Below, piece by piece: positions 38,787 to 49,400 of a stretch of DNA of 64,000 bases. The stretch lies in sequence record NC_026927.1, one strand, 5' to 3'. Below the pieces are notes generated by a model. That model searched no databases. It saw only the letters and a program-made list of their open reading frames with translations, and was not told the DNA's origin. Both the position numbers and the translations under genes were made by a program. Within the stretch, counting starts at the first letter, position 1. Each line of letters opens with the position of its first letter.

Positions 38787-41700
38787 GTGGCGAATCAGAA
38801 TTTTCGTGTCAAAAAAGGTATAGAAGTTGGCTTAGGTGCCACTTTTCTATACGCAGACGACAGTGGAGTTGGCATTAATAGTGCTAGCCCACGATCAAAC
38901 CTAGACGTTCGAGGTAGATCCCAAACAGAGGAACTACTGGTAGACAACTATGCAGAGGTGCAAGGACCCTCTACATTCGTTGGACTAGGTACCTTTGGGG
39001 GTGATCTATATGTTGGGAATGATCTATATGTAAAGGGCAACCTATCATTCACCAGTTTTGAATCTGAGACTGGTAATGTAACAGGTGTTCTTACCACAAG
39101 AGACTTTAATGTAACCGGATTATCTACGTTTGCGGGAGACGCCACCTTCCAAAGTGACGTAAATATCTCTGGTGCTTCTTCAATTACTGGAAACTTAGTA
39201 GTTTCTGGTGCCTCTACGCTCACAGGTATCGTCACAACTGGCGATGACCTCTATGTGGGTGGTAGTTTATATGTATTCAATGATATCTTCTATGATGAGA
39301 TTACTGGTAGAAACCTCAGTATCTCTGGTATTGCCACACTCAGACAGTTAGAAATCCAACAGGACCTAGAAGTTGCAGGTCTCTCCACATTTGTTGGTTT
39401 AGTATCGTTCAGAGATGCAGTAGGTACAAACCTAACAGTTTATAATCTTTCCGCCAATACTGGTAACTTCGTAGAGATTAACGTCGATGGTGGAGGCGGC
39501 GGCGGTGGCGGTACTGGTATCGATAGTACCTCCGTCAATACCGAGTTCTTAAACGTCACTGGTGTTGCAACATTTAACAATGGTATTGCCACCAACTTCA
39601 GTGCAGAGTTTATTGACGCTGGTGTAACCACAACTACCGACCTCCACTTCACTAATGGTTACGGTGTCAATCTCAATATGAGTGGCATCACAACTGTTGG
39701 TATTCTAACAGTCTATGAGAATATCTATGACTCTAGAAACCAAGTTGGCTATGGTGACTCACTACTAGTCACACAGGGTGGGAAACTAGTATGGACTAGA
39801 CCTGATATTGCAGGTATTGCCACTTCATTCCAACCAGGTTCTACCTTCTATGTAAGTGAGAATGGTAGTAATACCAATGATGGTAGAAGTCCAGAGAAAG
39901 CATGGAGTTCTATTGCATATGCCGTATCACAGATTGGAGATACTTCTCACGATATTCTAGAGGTTACTGCTGGTGAATACACAGAAACCTTCCCTATCAC
40001 AGTCCCTAAAGGTTTAACCATTTCTGGTGCTGGACAAAGGGCAACCATTGTTAGACCGTCACAGGCAACAGAAACCAATGATGGTTTCCTACTAAACGAT
40101 AGATCCACTATCCATAACATCACAGTTACTGGATTCTACAAACCACAAGGTTCTATCAACTACGCCTTCAAGTTTAGTGTTGGAGCAGCAATCACCAGTA
40201 GAAGTCCTTATGTTGATAAGGTCACGGTCATCAACAAAGGTACTCAGACAAGTGCCAGTGACCCATATGGTTATGGTTCAGCTGACTCCTACCCAACCAC
40301 AGCACCTGGTGGTGCTGGTGTTTTAGTTGATGGTAGTGTAGTTGCAACCAACTCACTAGAAGCAGCAATTCTCCTCAATGAGGTTACACTATTCACTGCT
40401 GGCAACCAAGGTATTAAGATTACCAATGGTGGTAGAGTAGAGTGGTTGAATGGTTTCATCTACTTCGCTTCTGAAGCACTTGTAGGTCTTAGTGATAAGA
40501 CTACTGGTTTAGCGGGTGCTGGTAAGGCAAGACTAACCCTAGAGAACGCCTCTGGTGGATTGGTTGGTGGTAATACCGTTCAATACTATGATAGTGATGG
40601 AACCACAGTTCTTGCTTCTGGTACCATTGATAATGTATCTGGTAGTTATGTAACACTAACCAACGCTGGTGTTGGTACATTCACAACTCCTAGAAATAGA
40701 ACAGCCAAGAAGGTTGACTTTGTTAATGGAGCACAACTATCCACAGCACAGGCAAGGTTCGGTACATCCTCACTAGATGTAACTGGTGCCGGAACTGATA
40801 ACATCACAGTTGATTCCACTTCAGACTTTGGGTTTGGAACTGGAGACTTCACCGTTGAATTCTGGATATACAGAACTGGTAATATTAATGGTAAGGTAAT
40901 CTGTGACTTCAGAGATACCGCCGCTACAGATCAAGCAATTACTATCCAAGGTGATGGTGGTAATGAGACTGATGTTTATATTGGTACTACATCCGTTGTC
41001 ACTGGTACAGTTCCTACCACACTGAATGCTTGGAACCATATCGCTGTTTGTAGAGTTGGTTCTACCATCACTCAGTATATTGATGGTGCTGTTTCTGGTA
41101 GTGGAACTGCTGCTACTGATCTAGGTGTTGCTAGACAACTAACCTTTGGTGATAGGTACGACAATAGTAACAACGGTCCTACAGCATACCTAGATGAACT
41201 TCGTGTCACTAAGGGGGCAGCAAAATACACAGGAGCATTCACTTCACCTTCAGTAGCACTCACAGGTGATAAGGATACTTCTATCCTACTACACTTTGAT
41301 GGTATCAATGGAGCAACCTCCACTACAGATGATATCATTGTCCTCCAGGATATTCGTATCACTGGTGGTAACACAGCAGATAAAGTTACCCTAGCAGACT
41401 ACAGTCAGTTTGGTGCTGACCTCAGGTCTATCGCTTGTGCCATTGAATATGGTAACCAGGGTATGATTGGTGATGGTGATGGAGTAACTCTCCGTGCTAT
41501 CTCTATCAACTTCAACCATGTAGGTGCTCTTGGTGATATCACTAACGATCCTAACCTAGCGATTCAATCGAACGAGGTTATCGAACTCAATGGTGGTCAA
41601 GTATCCTATGTAAGTATTGACCAGAAGGGTGACTTCAGAGTTGGTGAAGCATTCTATGTGAATCAGGAGACTGGTGAAGTATCCTTTACAGATACTGTAA

Positions 41701-44700
41701 CAGACCTAACTGCTTTATCCTCACTCACTATTACTGATGGCACTAATAGTAGTATCATTACTCCTACTTCTGGTAGGTTTGGTAATGTTCTTATCAGTGG
41801 TCAGAGTGTAGAGAGTGTAACCGGAGACCTTAACATTAAGACTGGTGGTTCCGGTGAGATCAATATCTTTGGTAACACCAATGTTATTGGTATTCTAACC
41901 GCTCAGATCATTGAGATTAATGCTATTCAGAAGGGCGATACAGCAATCGCTCTAGATGATACTGGAACTGATGGGACTATCCGTTTCATCACAGACGGAC
42001 AAGAAGCACAACGCATTACAAACCAACAGAGAGTTGGTATTAACACCACCACCCCAGTTACTCAGTTAGAAGTTAAGGGTGGAACACAACTAGAGAACTT
42101 AAATGTAACTGGTATTGCCACACTTAATGGTGTTGGTATTGCTACTATCGGTGGTGATCCTGACTTCAGGAACTTAAATATCACTGGACTATCAACGTTC
42201 GCTGGTGTTGGTACTTTCCTCAGTGACTTGTATGTTGGTGGTAACCTCAGTGTCCTAGGTGATATCAAGTTTGATGAAGTTGATGCGAGAAACGCCAACA
42301 TCACTGGTATTGCCACAGTTGGTTTCGCCTCTATCACAGATGCCAGAGTTGGAAGTGCCCTCACTAACTTGGGTCACACTCAACTCAATACTCTGAATGT
42401 AAGTGGAGTATCTACACTATCACTACTAGAAGTCAGTGGTAACTCAGTATTTACTGGTATCTCTACCTTCAATAACAATGTAACTATCAATGGTGACCTC
42501 ACCATTAATGGTTCTCAGAATGTAGATAGTTTTGGAACTGGTGATTTAATAGTTAGTGGTATTGCTAGTATCAACCAGGCGAAGATCGCCACTGGTATTG
42601 TTACCACACTAACTGCCACTAGAACAGAGTCAGCAGAACTAAAAGTAACTGGTCTCTCCACCTTTGTTGGTGTTGCTACCTTTGCTAACGATGTATTCGT
42701 GGCAGGTAACCTCAATGTTCTAGGAGATATTGCATATGATGAAGTCACTGGTAGAAACCTAAACATCTCCGGTATCGCAACCATCGGGTTCGCCTCTATC
42801 ACAGACGCCAAGATTGGTGTCGCCACTATTACAAAACTTGATGTCACTGAGATCAATGTAGATGGTGGAACAGGTATTGATGATAACTCAGTAACTACAG
42901 AGAACCTAGTTGTTAGTGGTATCGCTACCATCAACTCAGGTATCCTCACAACCCTCCAGGCGGAGGTAGGAAGTATCACAAACCTCACCGCTGGTGTTTC
43001 TACCTTTACTGGTATTGTAACCACTACAGAGGATCTATACGTTGGTGGAAACCTCTACGTATTCAATGATATCTTCTATGATGAGATTACTGGTAGGAAC
43101 CTTTCTATCTCTGGAGTATCTACACTAGGTTTCGCTTCTGTTAGAGATCTAAGAGTATCTGGTGTTGCTACATTCCTAGGTGATGTGGAGATCAGTGGAT
43201 CACAGATTGTTGATTCACTAATAACTGGTGACTTAGAAGTTACTGGAGTCACCACAACCAAAGAACTAAGATTTATAGATGGTGTTGGTGTAGGACTCAC
43301 ACTCACCAATCTAGTTGTAACTGGTAACGCGGAACTCAATGGTTCTGGTATTGTTACCGCTGGTCAGGACATTAACTTCAGAAACCTAGAAGTTGCTGGT
43401 CTATCAACCTTTGTTGGTCTCCAGTCCTTCAGGTCAGCAGTTGGAACGGCACTCACAGTTTATAACCTAAGAGTTCCTGAAAATGGTATTGTTTCACTAC
43501 CTGGTATTCCTGTTCAGGGTGGGGACGCTGAGTTTAGAAACGTCAATGTAACTGGTGTATCTTCCTTCAGTGGAGTATCAACTTTCGGTAGTGACCTCTA
43601 TGTGGATGGAAACCTATTTGTTTCTGGTCTAGACTTCAGAGAGACACTTGCTGGTGAAAACCTATTAGTTGCTGGTGTTGGTACTGTTAATAATCTCAAT
43701 AGTAATATTGGTATTATCACTCATCTACAGGCAGGTATATCAACCTTCACTGGTATCACCACCTTCCAGAGTGATGCCTCCTTCTTGAGTGATGTATATG
43801 TAGATGGAAACCTTAATGTTACGGGTGACATTAGATATGATGAGGTGAATGGTAGGAACTTGAATATCAGTGGTATCGCTACCATTGGTTACTCCTCTAT
43901 CACAGACGCCAAGATTGGTGTTGCTACTATCTCCACACTATCCTTTGGTGATGGTGTTGGAACAGCACTCACACTTACAGACCTCACGGTAACAGGTGAC
44001 GCCAACCTCAATGGTTCTGGTATTGTAACCGCTGGTTCTGATGTAGCGTTTAGAAATCTAGAAGTAACTGGACTATCTACCTTCACTGGTGTTGGTACTT
44101 TCCTCAGTGACTTGTATGTTGGTGGTGACCTCTTTGTATTCAATGATATCAAGTATGATGAGATTAATGGTAGAAACCTAAACATCTCTGGTATCTCCAC
44201 ACTTGGTTTCACTTCTATCTCCGACATCAGAGTATCTGGTGGTTCTACCTTCTTAGGTAATGTAGAGATTGATGGAAACCTAGATGTAACTGGTGACCTA
44301 ACCTTTGATGAGTTTGATGCCACTAACGCTAACATCACTGGTATTGCCACTATTGGTAACCTACTAGCGGGTGTGGGAACTATCACCACACTATCATCTA
44401 CTGATGGTGAGATTACAACACTAACCTCTACTGATACTGTTGTTGGTACTCTAACCGCCACTGATGCCACTATCACTACACTAGGTGTTACTGATAGTAT
44501 AGTTGGAACCTCTACCATTACAACACTCAGTGTTACTGATAGTGTAGTTGGAACTTCTACTATCACAACACTCAACTTCACTGATGGTGTTGGAGTAGCA
44601 CTCACACTCACTGACCTCAATGTTCTAGGTGAAGCTAACCTCAATGGTTCTGGTATCGCAACCGCTGGTTCTGATATAGAGTTTAGGAACCTCAGTATTA

Positions 44701-46343
44701 CTGGTCTCTCCACCTTTGTTGGTGTAGCAACCTTCCAAGATGACTTGTATGTGGCAGGTAACCTGAATGTATTGGGTGACCTAACCTATGATGAGGTGAA
44801 TGGTAGAAACCTTAACATCTCTGGTATCGCTACCATTGGTTTCGCCTCTATCACAGACCTAAGAGTATCTGGTGTAACTACCTTCCTCGGTCCTGTTAAT
44901 ATCGATGGTGGTCAGCAAACCGACTTCATTCAAACCACAGACTTGATTGTCACTGGTGTTGCCACTATTGGTTACGCAACTGTCACTAAGTTGATCGCTG
45001 ATCACAGTGATATGAGGAACCTGAATGTATCAGGTATCGCCACTATTGGTAGTCTCGTATCAGATGGTAATGGTGGAATCATTGTAGATGGTGCTGTATC
45101 CATTAGTGGTATTGTTACTATTGGTGAAAACTCTATCATTCTCGATGGTAGAAAGGATGTAGAAGCGATCTACTTGGGTGATACTGGAAGAGCAATCGTC
45201 TCTGGTATTACTACTGATGGTAAGAGAACTTATGTCAAATTTGATGATGGTAGATTTGATAGACTAAATGTATCTGGTATCTCTACCTTCAATGATGTAG
45301 TATCCACATCATCTACTATCACTAACCTAGATGTAACCACAGCAACTGTTGGTTTCCTAACCGCAACTCAGGGTTATGTTGGAGTTCTAACTGTAGGAAC
45401 ATTCACCAATGATGGTGGTGGTTCTGTTATTGGTGACGATATCACAACCAGAAACCTGAATGTAACTGGTGTATCTACCTTCGCAGGTATTGTTACTACT
45501 ACTGGTGACCTCTATGTGGGTGGTGACCTCTTTGTATTCAATGATATCTTCTATGATGAGATCAATGGTAGAAACCTGAATATCACGGGTGTCGCCACTA
45601 TCGGTTACTCCTCTATCACTGATGTTAGAGTATCTGGTGTAGCAACATTCCTAGGTGATGTGAATATCTCTGGTGTTACTTCTGTAACCACACTGGAGGC
45701 AACTGGCATTGATGCCTATCGGGTTACTACTCAGAGATTGATCGTACCTGATGATGGTTTCGTACAACTACCTGGTATCCCAGTTAGTGGTGGTTCCGCT
45801 GAGTTCTCAGAACTATTAATAACTGGTATATCTAGTTTCGTTGGAGTCGCCACCTTCAAGGATGATGTGTATATCGATGGTGACTTTATTGTTGGTGGAT
45901 CTCAGGTTATTGATAATGTTGCTACTGAGAACATTATCATCAGTGGTATTGCTACAATAAGAACAGGTGAGATCACTGAACTAAATGTAGGAATTGCTAC
46001 AGTTGGATTCCTCACAGCCACTGATGGATACATTGGAGTTCTAACAGCTCAGAACTACACTTCACTCTCTGATGAGAGACTCAAGTCTAACATTGAAACT
46101 ATTGATGATGCTCTAGCGGGTGTTCTCAGACTCGATGGTGTAATGTTCCAGTGGAATAATACTGGCAAAACTGATATGGGTGTTATCGCCCAACAGGTGG
46201 AGGCGGTATTCCCCGAGATCGTACATGGGGATGATACAAAGGGAGTCAATTATAACGGTCTTATTGGTGTACTGATCGAAGCAGTCAAGGAACTCAAAGT
46301 AGAAAACGATAGTCTCAGAGAGAGACTAGACAGACTGGAGTGA
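38787..46343 (+). CDS. Tail fibre-like protein (2518 aa): beta-helix-like scaffold, LamG domain, GIAT repeats, C-terminal S74 chaperone
   Basis: LamG motif FGTGDFTVEFW...WNHIAVCR...YLDELRVTKG. C-terminal SDERLKSNI...GVIAQQVEAVFPE...VNYNGL. Confidence 0.88.
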   Translation: MANQNFRVKKGIEVGLGATFLYADDSGVGINSASPRSNLDVRGRSQTEELLVDNYAEVQGPSTFVGLGTFGGDLYVGNDLYVKGNLSFTSFESETGNVTGVLTTRDFNVTGLSTFAGDATFQSDVNISGASSITGNLVVSGASTLTGIVTTGDDLYVGGSLYVFNDIFYDEITGRNLSISGIATLRQLEIQQDLEVAGLSTFVGLVSFRDAVGTNLTVYNLSANTGNFVEINVDGGGGGGGGTGIDSTSVNTEFLNVTGVATFNNGIATNFSAEFIDAGVTTTTDLHFTNGYGVNLNMSGITTVGILTVYENIYDSRNQVGYGDSLLVTQGGKLVWTRPDIAGIATSFQPGSTFYVSENGSNTNDGRSPEKAWSSIAYAVSQIGDTSHDILEVTAGEYTETFPITVPKGLTISGAGQRATIVRPSQATETNDGFLLNDRSTIHNITVTGFYKPQGSINYAFKFSVGAAITSRSPYVDKVTVINKGTQTSASDPYGYGSADSYPTTAPGGAGVLVDGSVVATNSLEAAILLNEVTLFTAGNQGIKITNGGRVEWLNGFIYFASEALVGLSDKTTGLAGAGKARLTLENASGGLVGGNTVQYYDSDGTTVLASGTIDNVSGSYVTLTNAGVGTFTTPRNRTAKKVDFVNGAQLSTAQARFGTSSLDVTGAGTDNITVDSTSDFGFGTGDFTVEFWIYRTGNINGKVICDFRDTAATDQAITIQGDGGNETDVYIGTTSVVTGTVPTTLNAWNHIAVCRVGSTITQYIDGAVSGSGTAATDLGVARQLTFGDRYDNSNNGPTAYLDELRVTKGAAKYTGAFTSPSVALTGDKDTSILLHFDGINGATSTTDDIIVLQDIRITGGNTADKVTLADYSQFGADLRSIACAIEYGNQGMIGDGDGVTLRAISINFNHVGALGDITNDPNLAIQSNEVIELNGGQVSYVSIDQKGDFRVGEAFYVNQETGEVSFTDTVTDLTALSSLTITDGTNSSIITPTSGRFGNVLISGQSVESVTGDLNIKTGGSGEINIFGNTNVIGILTAQIIEINAIQKGDTAIALDDTGTDGTIRFITDGQEAQRITNQQRVGINTTTPVTQLEVKGGTQLENLNVTGIATLNGVGIATIGGDPDFRNLNITGLSTFAGVGTFLSDLYVGGNLSVLGDIKFDEVDARNANITGIATVGFASITDARVGSALTNLGHTQLNTLNVSGVSTLSLLEVSGNSVFTGISTFNNNVTINGDLTINGSQNVDSFGTGDLIVSGIASINQAKIATGIVTTLTATRTESAELKVTGLSTFVGVATFANDVFVAGNLNVLGDIAYDEVTGRNLNISGIATIGFASITDAKIGVATITKLDVTEINVDGGTGIDDNSVTTENLVVSGIATINSGILTTLQAEVGSITNLTAGVSTFTGIVTTTEDLYVGGNLYVFNDIFYDEITGRNLSISGVSTLGFASVRDLRVSGVATFLGDVEISGSQIVDSLITGDLEVTGVTTTKELRFIDGVGVGLTLTNLVVTGNAELNGSGIVTAGQDINFRNLEVAGLSTFVGLQSFRSAVGTALTVYNLRVPENGIVSLPGIPVQGGDAEFRNVNVTGVSSFSGVSTFGSDLYVDGNLFVSGLDFRETLAGENLLVAGVGTVNNLNSNIGIITHLQAGISTFTGITTFQSDASFLSDVYVDGNLNVTGDIRYDEVNGRNLNISGIATIGYSSITDAKIGVATISTLSFGDGVGTALTLTDLTVTGDANLNGSGIVTAGSDVAFRNLEVTGLSTFTGVGTFLSDLYVGGDLFVFNDIKYDEINGRNLNISGISTLGFTSISDIRVSGGSTFLGNVEIDGNLDVTGDLTFDEFDATNANITGIATIGNLLAGVGTITTLSSTDGEITTLTSTDTVVGTLTATDATITTLGVTDSIVGTSTITTLSVTDSVVGTSTITTLNFTDGVGVALTLTDLNVLGEANLNGSGIATAGSDIEFRNLSITGLSTFVGVATFQDDLYVAGNLNVLGDLTYDEVNGRNLNISGIATIGFASITDLRVSGVTTFLGPVNIDGGQQTDFIQTTDLIVTGVATIGYATVTKLIADHSDMRNLNVSGIATIGSLVSDGNGGIIVDGAVSISGIVTIGENSIILDGRKDVEAIYLGDTGRAIVSGITTDGKRTYVKFDDGRFDRLNVSGISTFNDVVSTSSTITNLDVTTATVGFLTATQGYVGVLTVGTFTNDGGGSVIGDDITTRNLNVTGVSTFAGIVTTTGDLYVGGDLFVFNDIFYDEINGRNLNITGVATIGYSSITDVRVSGVATFLGDVNISGVTSVTTLEATGIDAYRVTTQRLIVPDDGFVQLPGIPVSGGSAEFSELLITGISSFVGVATFKDDVYIDGDFIVGGSQVIDNVATENIIISGIATIRTGEITELNVGIATVGFLTATDGYIGVLTAQNYTSLSDERLKSNIETIDDALAGVLRLDGVMFQWNNTGKTDMGVIAQQVEAVFPEIVHGDDTKGVNYNGLIGVLIEAVKELKVENDSLRERLDRLE

Positions 46344-46401
46344 TAAATACAAATACGGCTCAATGAGCCCTTTTGTACGTACACAAAGGAGAAAAACCTA
46401 A

Positions 46402-49400
46402 ATGGCATATTTACTTTCTAATGGGGGCGTTATTATTAACGACTCCAGAGAAATCGTAAATGCTGGGGTTGTAACTGCTACTGCGTTCTTTGGGGACGGT
46501 TCTGGTTTATCTGGAATCGCAACCATTTCTGATGGGGGAATCTCCATCGGCGACGCAAACATCACTGGAAACTTAAATGTTTCTGGTATTTCTACCGTAG
46601 AATTCTTAAACGCTTCTGACATTAATGTCGGCGGTGCTTTAACAGTCACAGGTGATCTATCTGTCGGTGGTGATTTATCTTTTGATGAGGTTTCTGGTAG
46701 AAACCTAAACATCACTGGTATTTCCACACTCGGAACAGTTAAGATTTCAAATGGCATTGTAACCGCCACTAGTGGCGTTGTTACATATTACGGTGATGGT
46801 AGCAATCTAACCGGCATTGACATCACAGATAGTGATGTAAGACTCAGAAACCTTTCGGTTACTGGTGTCTCTACATTCACAGGTGATGTATCTTTTGGAG
46901 CAAACGCTTCTCTAGTAGGCGACCTAACTTCTGGTCGTAACGCAAACCTTTCAGGTATTGCGACAGTAAATGATATCTATATTGATAACTTACTTTATGA
47001 TTCCAACAATAATGTTGGAGCAGCTGGTTCAATTCTTGTAACCGCAGGTGGAAAGTTACAGTGGCTACCGCCCGATCAAGCGGGTATTGCTACAGTATTC
47101 CAACCAGGAAATACATTCTTTGTTTCTAAGAATGGTGATGATAGTAGTGATGGTCTCTCCATGGAGAAATCATTTGCTACCATTTCCTACGCTCTGTCTC
47201 AGATTTCATCAGGGACAAACAACGTTCTCTTAATCACCGCTGGTGATTATGAAGAAGTATTCCCACTATCAGTTCCCGATGGACTGACTGTTAAGGGTGT
47301 TGGACAACGTGCGGTTCTAGTTAGACCCACTTCAGCTACAGAAACCAACGATGGTTTCCAACTTGGTAACGCATCCACAGTTGAAGATTTGACCATTGGT
47401 CAGATGTTTAAACCTCAAGGTGCTTCCAATAATAACTACGCTTTCACATATAGAAGTGGTGCTACCATTTCATCTCGTGGACCTTATGTTTCTAGAGTTA
47501 CGGTTCTAAACAAAGGTAGCGTAACTTCTACCTCTGACCCATTTGGATATGGTTCAGCTGATGCTTATCCAACGACTGCCCCTGGTGGTGCTGGTGTATT
47601 GGCTGATGGTAGTGTTCTTAACTCCGCCTCACTAGAAGCCTCATTCCTACTTAACGAAGTCACCACCTTCACTGCCGGTAACATCGGTATTGATATGGTC
47701 AACGGTGCTCGTGTTGAGTGGTTGAATGGTTTCTCCTACTTCGCATCCGAGGGTGTTAAAGGTAGAGCTGACCAGTCAACTGGTTTGTATGGTGCAGGTA
47801 AGACGAGACTAAGAGTTGAGAACGCCTCTGGTGGTCTAGTCAATGGTAATACCATTGAACTCTATGATATTGATGGCACGACTAGCCTTGCTAGTGGTAC
47901 TATTGACGGCACCAGTGGTGCATACACGACCCTGACTACTGGTGGTACTGGTACCTTCGCTATTGCAGGAAGTCGTAAGGCGAAAGCTGCCTCATTCGTT
48001 GATACAGCCTCTCTATCTACAACACAAGCCAAATTCGGGAATGCTTCACTAGATGTAACTGGTCAGTCTACTGATTGTATCAATGTTGATCCAAGCAGTG
48101 ACTTCGGTTTCGGTACTGGTGACTTTACAGCTGAATTCTGGTTGTATAGAACATCAGCTACTGCTGGTGCTACTATTCTCGATATGAGAGATGCAGCTGA
48201 TACTGATTCAGCTCTATCTATTAGAGAGAACACTAGTGATGTTATTGAAGTTCTTGTCGGCAACTCTGTTGTTCTAACTTCATCCACAAGTGCTATTGGT
48301 AATGCCGCTTGGTATCACATTGCTGTTGCCCGTTTGGGTAGCACAATGGAACTATTCATTAATGGTGCCCAGGAAGCTTCAGCATCCAATTCATCTGACT
48401 TAGGTCTAAGCCAGTCACTCACCTTTGGTGCTGACTATGCTAACGCCAATGGTACTATTGCGTTCTTAGATGAACTCCGTATCGAGAAGGGTGCTGCTAA
48501 GTACACGAATCCGTTTACTCCTTCCACTGTACCCCTTGAGGGTGACCGTGGTACAGCTATCCTACTCCACTTTGATGGATCAAATGGAGCAACTGAAGCT
48601 CCTGATGATATTCAGATATTCCAGGATATCCGTATCAGTGGTGGTAACACAGCTGATAGACTATCACTTGCTGACTACAGTCAGTTTGGTGCTGAGTTGC
48701 GTTCCTCTGGTTGTGCTGTTGAGTATGGTAACAAAGGTGTCGTCGGAGACGGTGCTGGTGTTGCTCTAAGACTCATCGGTATTAACTTCAGTTTCGTAGG
48801 TGCCCTAGGTGATCTAACTAACGATCCAAACCTAGCCGTTCAGGCTAATGAAGTTACAGAAACCAACAATGCTGAGGTATCTTTCACCAGTATTGATCAA
48901 GGTGGTGACTTCCGTGTTGGTGAATCCTTCTATGTTAACCAGGAAACTGGTGATGTATCATTCAACAACACAACAACTGATCTAACCTCACTATCTAGTC
49001 TAACCATCACTGATGGTACTAACAACTCACTTATCACTCCTACCTCTGGTAGATTTGGTAATGTTCAGATCTCTGGACAGCAAGTTGCTTCTGTATCTGG
49101 TGACCTAGACCTAGTAACCGCTGGTGGTGGTGAAGTTAACATCTACGGTAATACTAACGTTGTTGGTATTCTAACCGCACAGGTTGTTGAGATCAACGCT
49201 ATCCAGAAGGGTGATACTTCTATCGCTCTAGATGATACCGGTACTGATGGTACTATCCGGTTTAACACCGATGGTTCTGAGGCAGGTAGATTCACTAAGG
49301 ATAACGACCTTGCAGTAACACACAACTTCCGCGTTGGTGGAATTGGTACTATTCCAAACTTGGTAAGTACTACTGCAACCATCACAACTCTAAATGTTGA

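Noticed and set aside
46357-46375. Attenuator hairpin GGCTC-AAT-GAGCC-CTTTT after the late promoter
   Set aside because: The 5-bp stem with a short interrupted U-tract is too weak to call.
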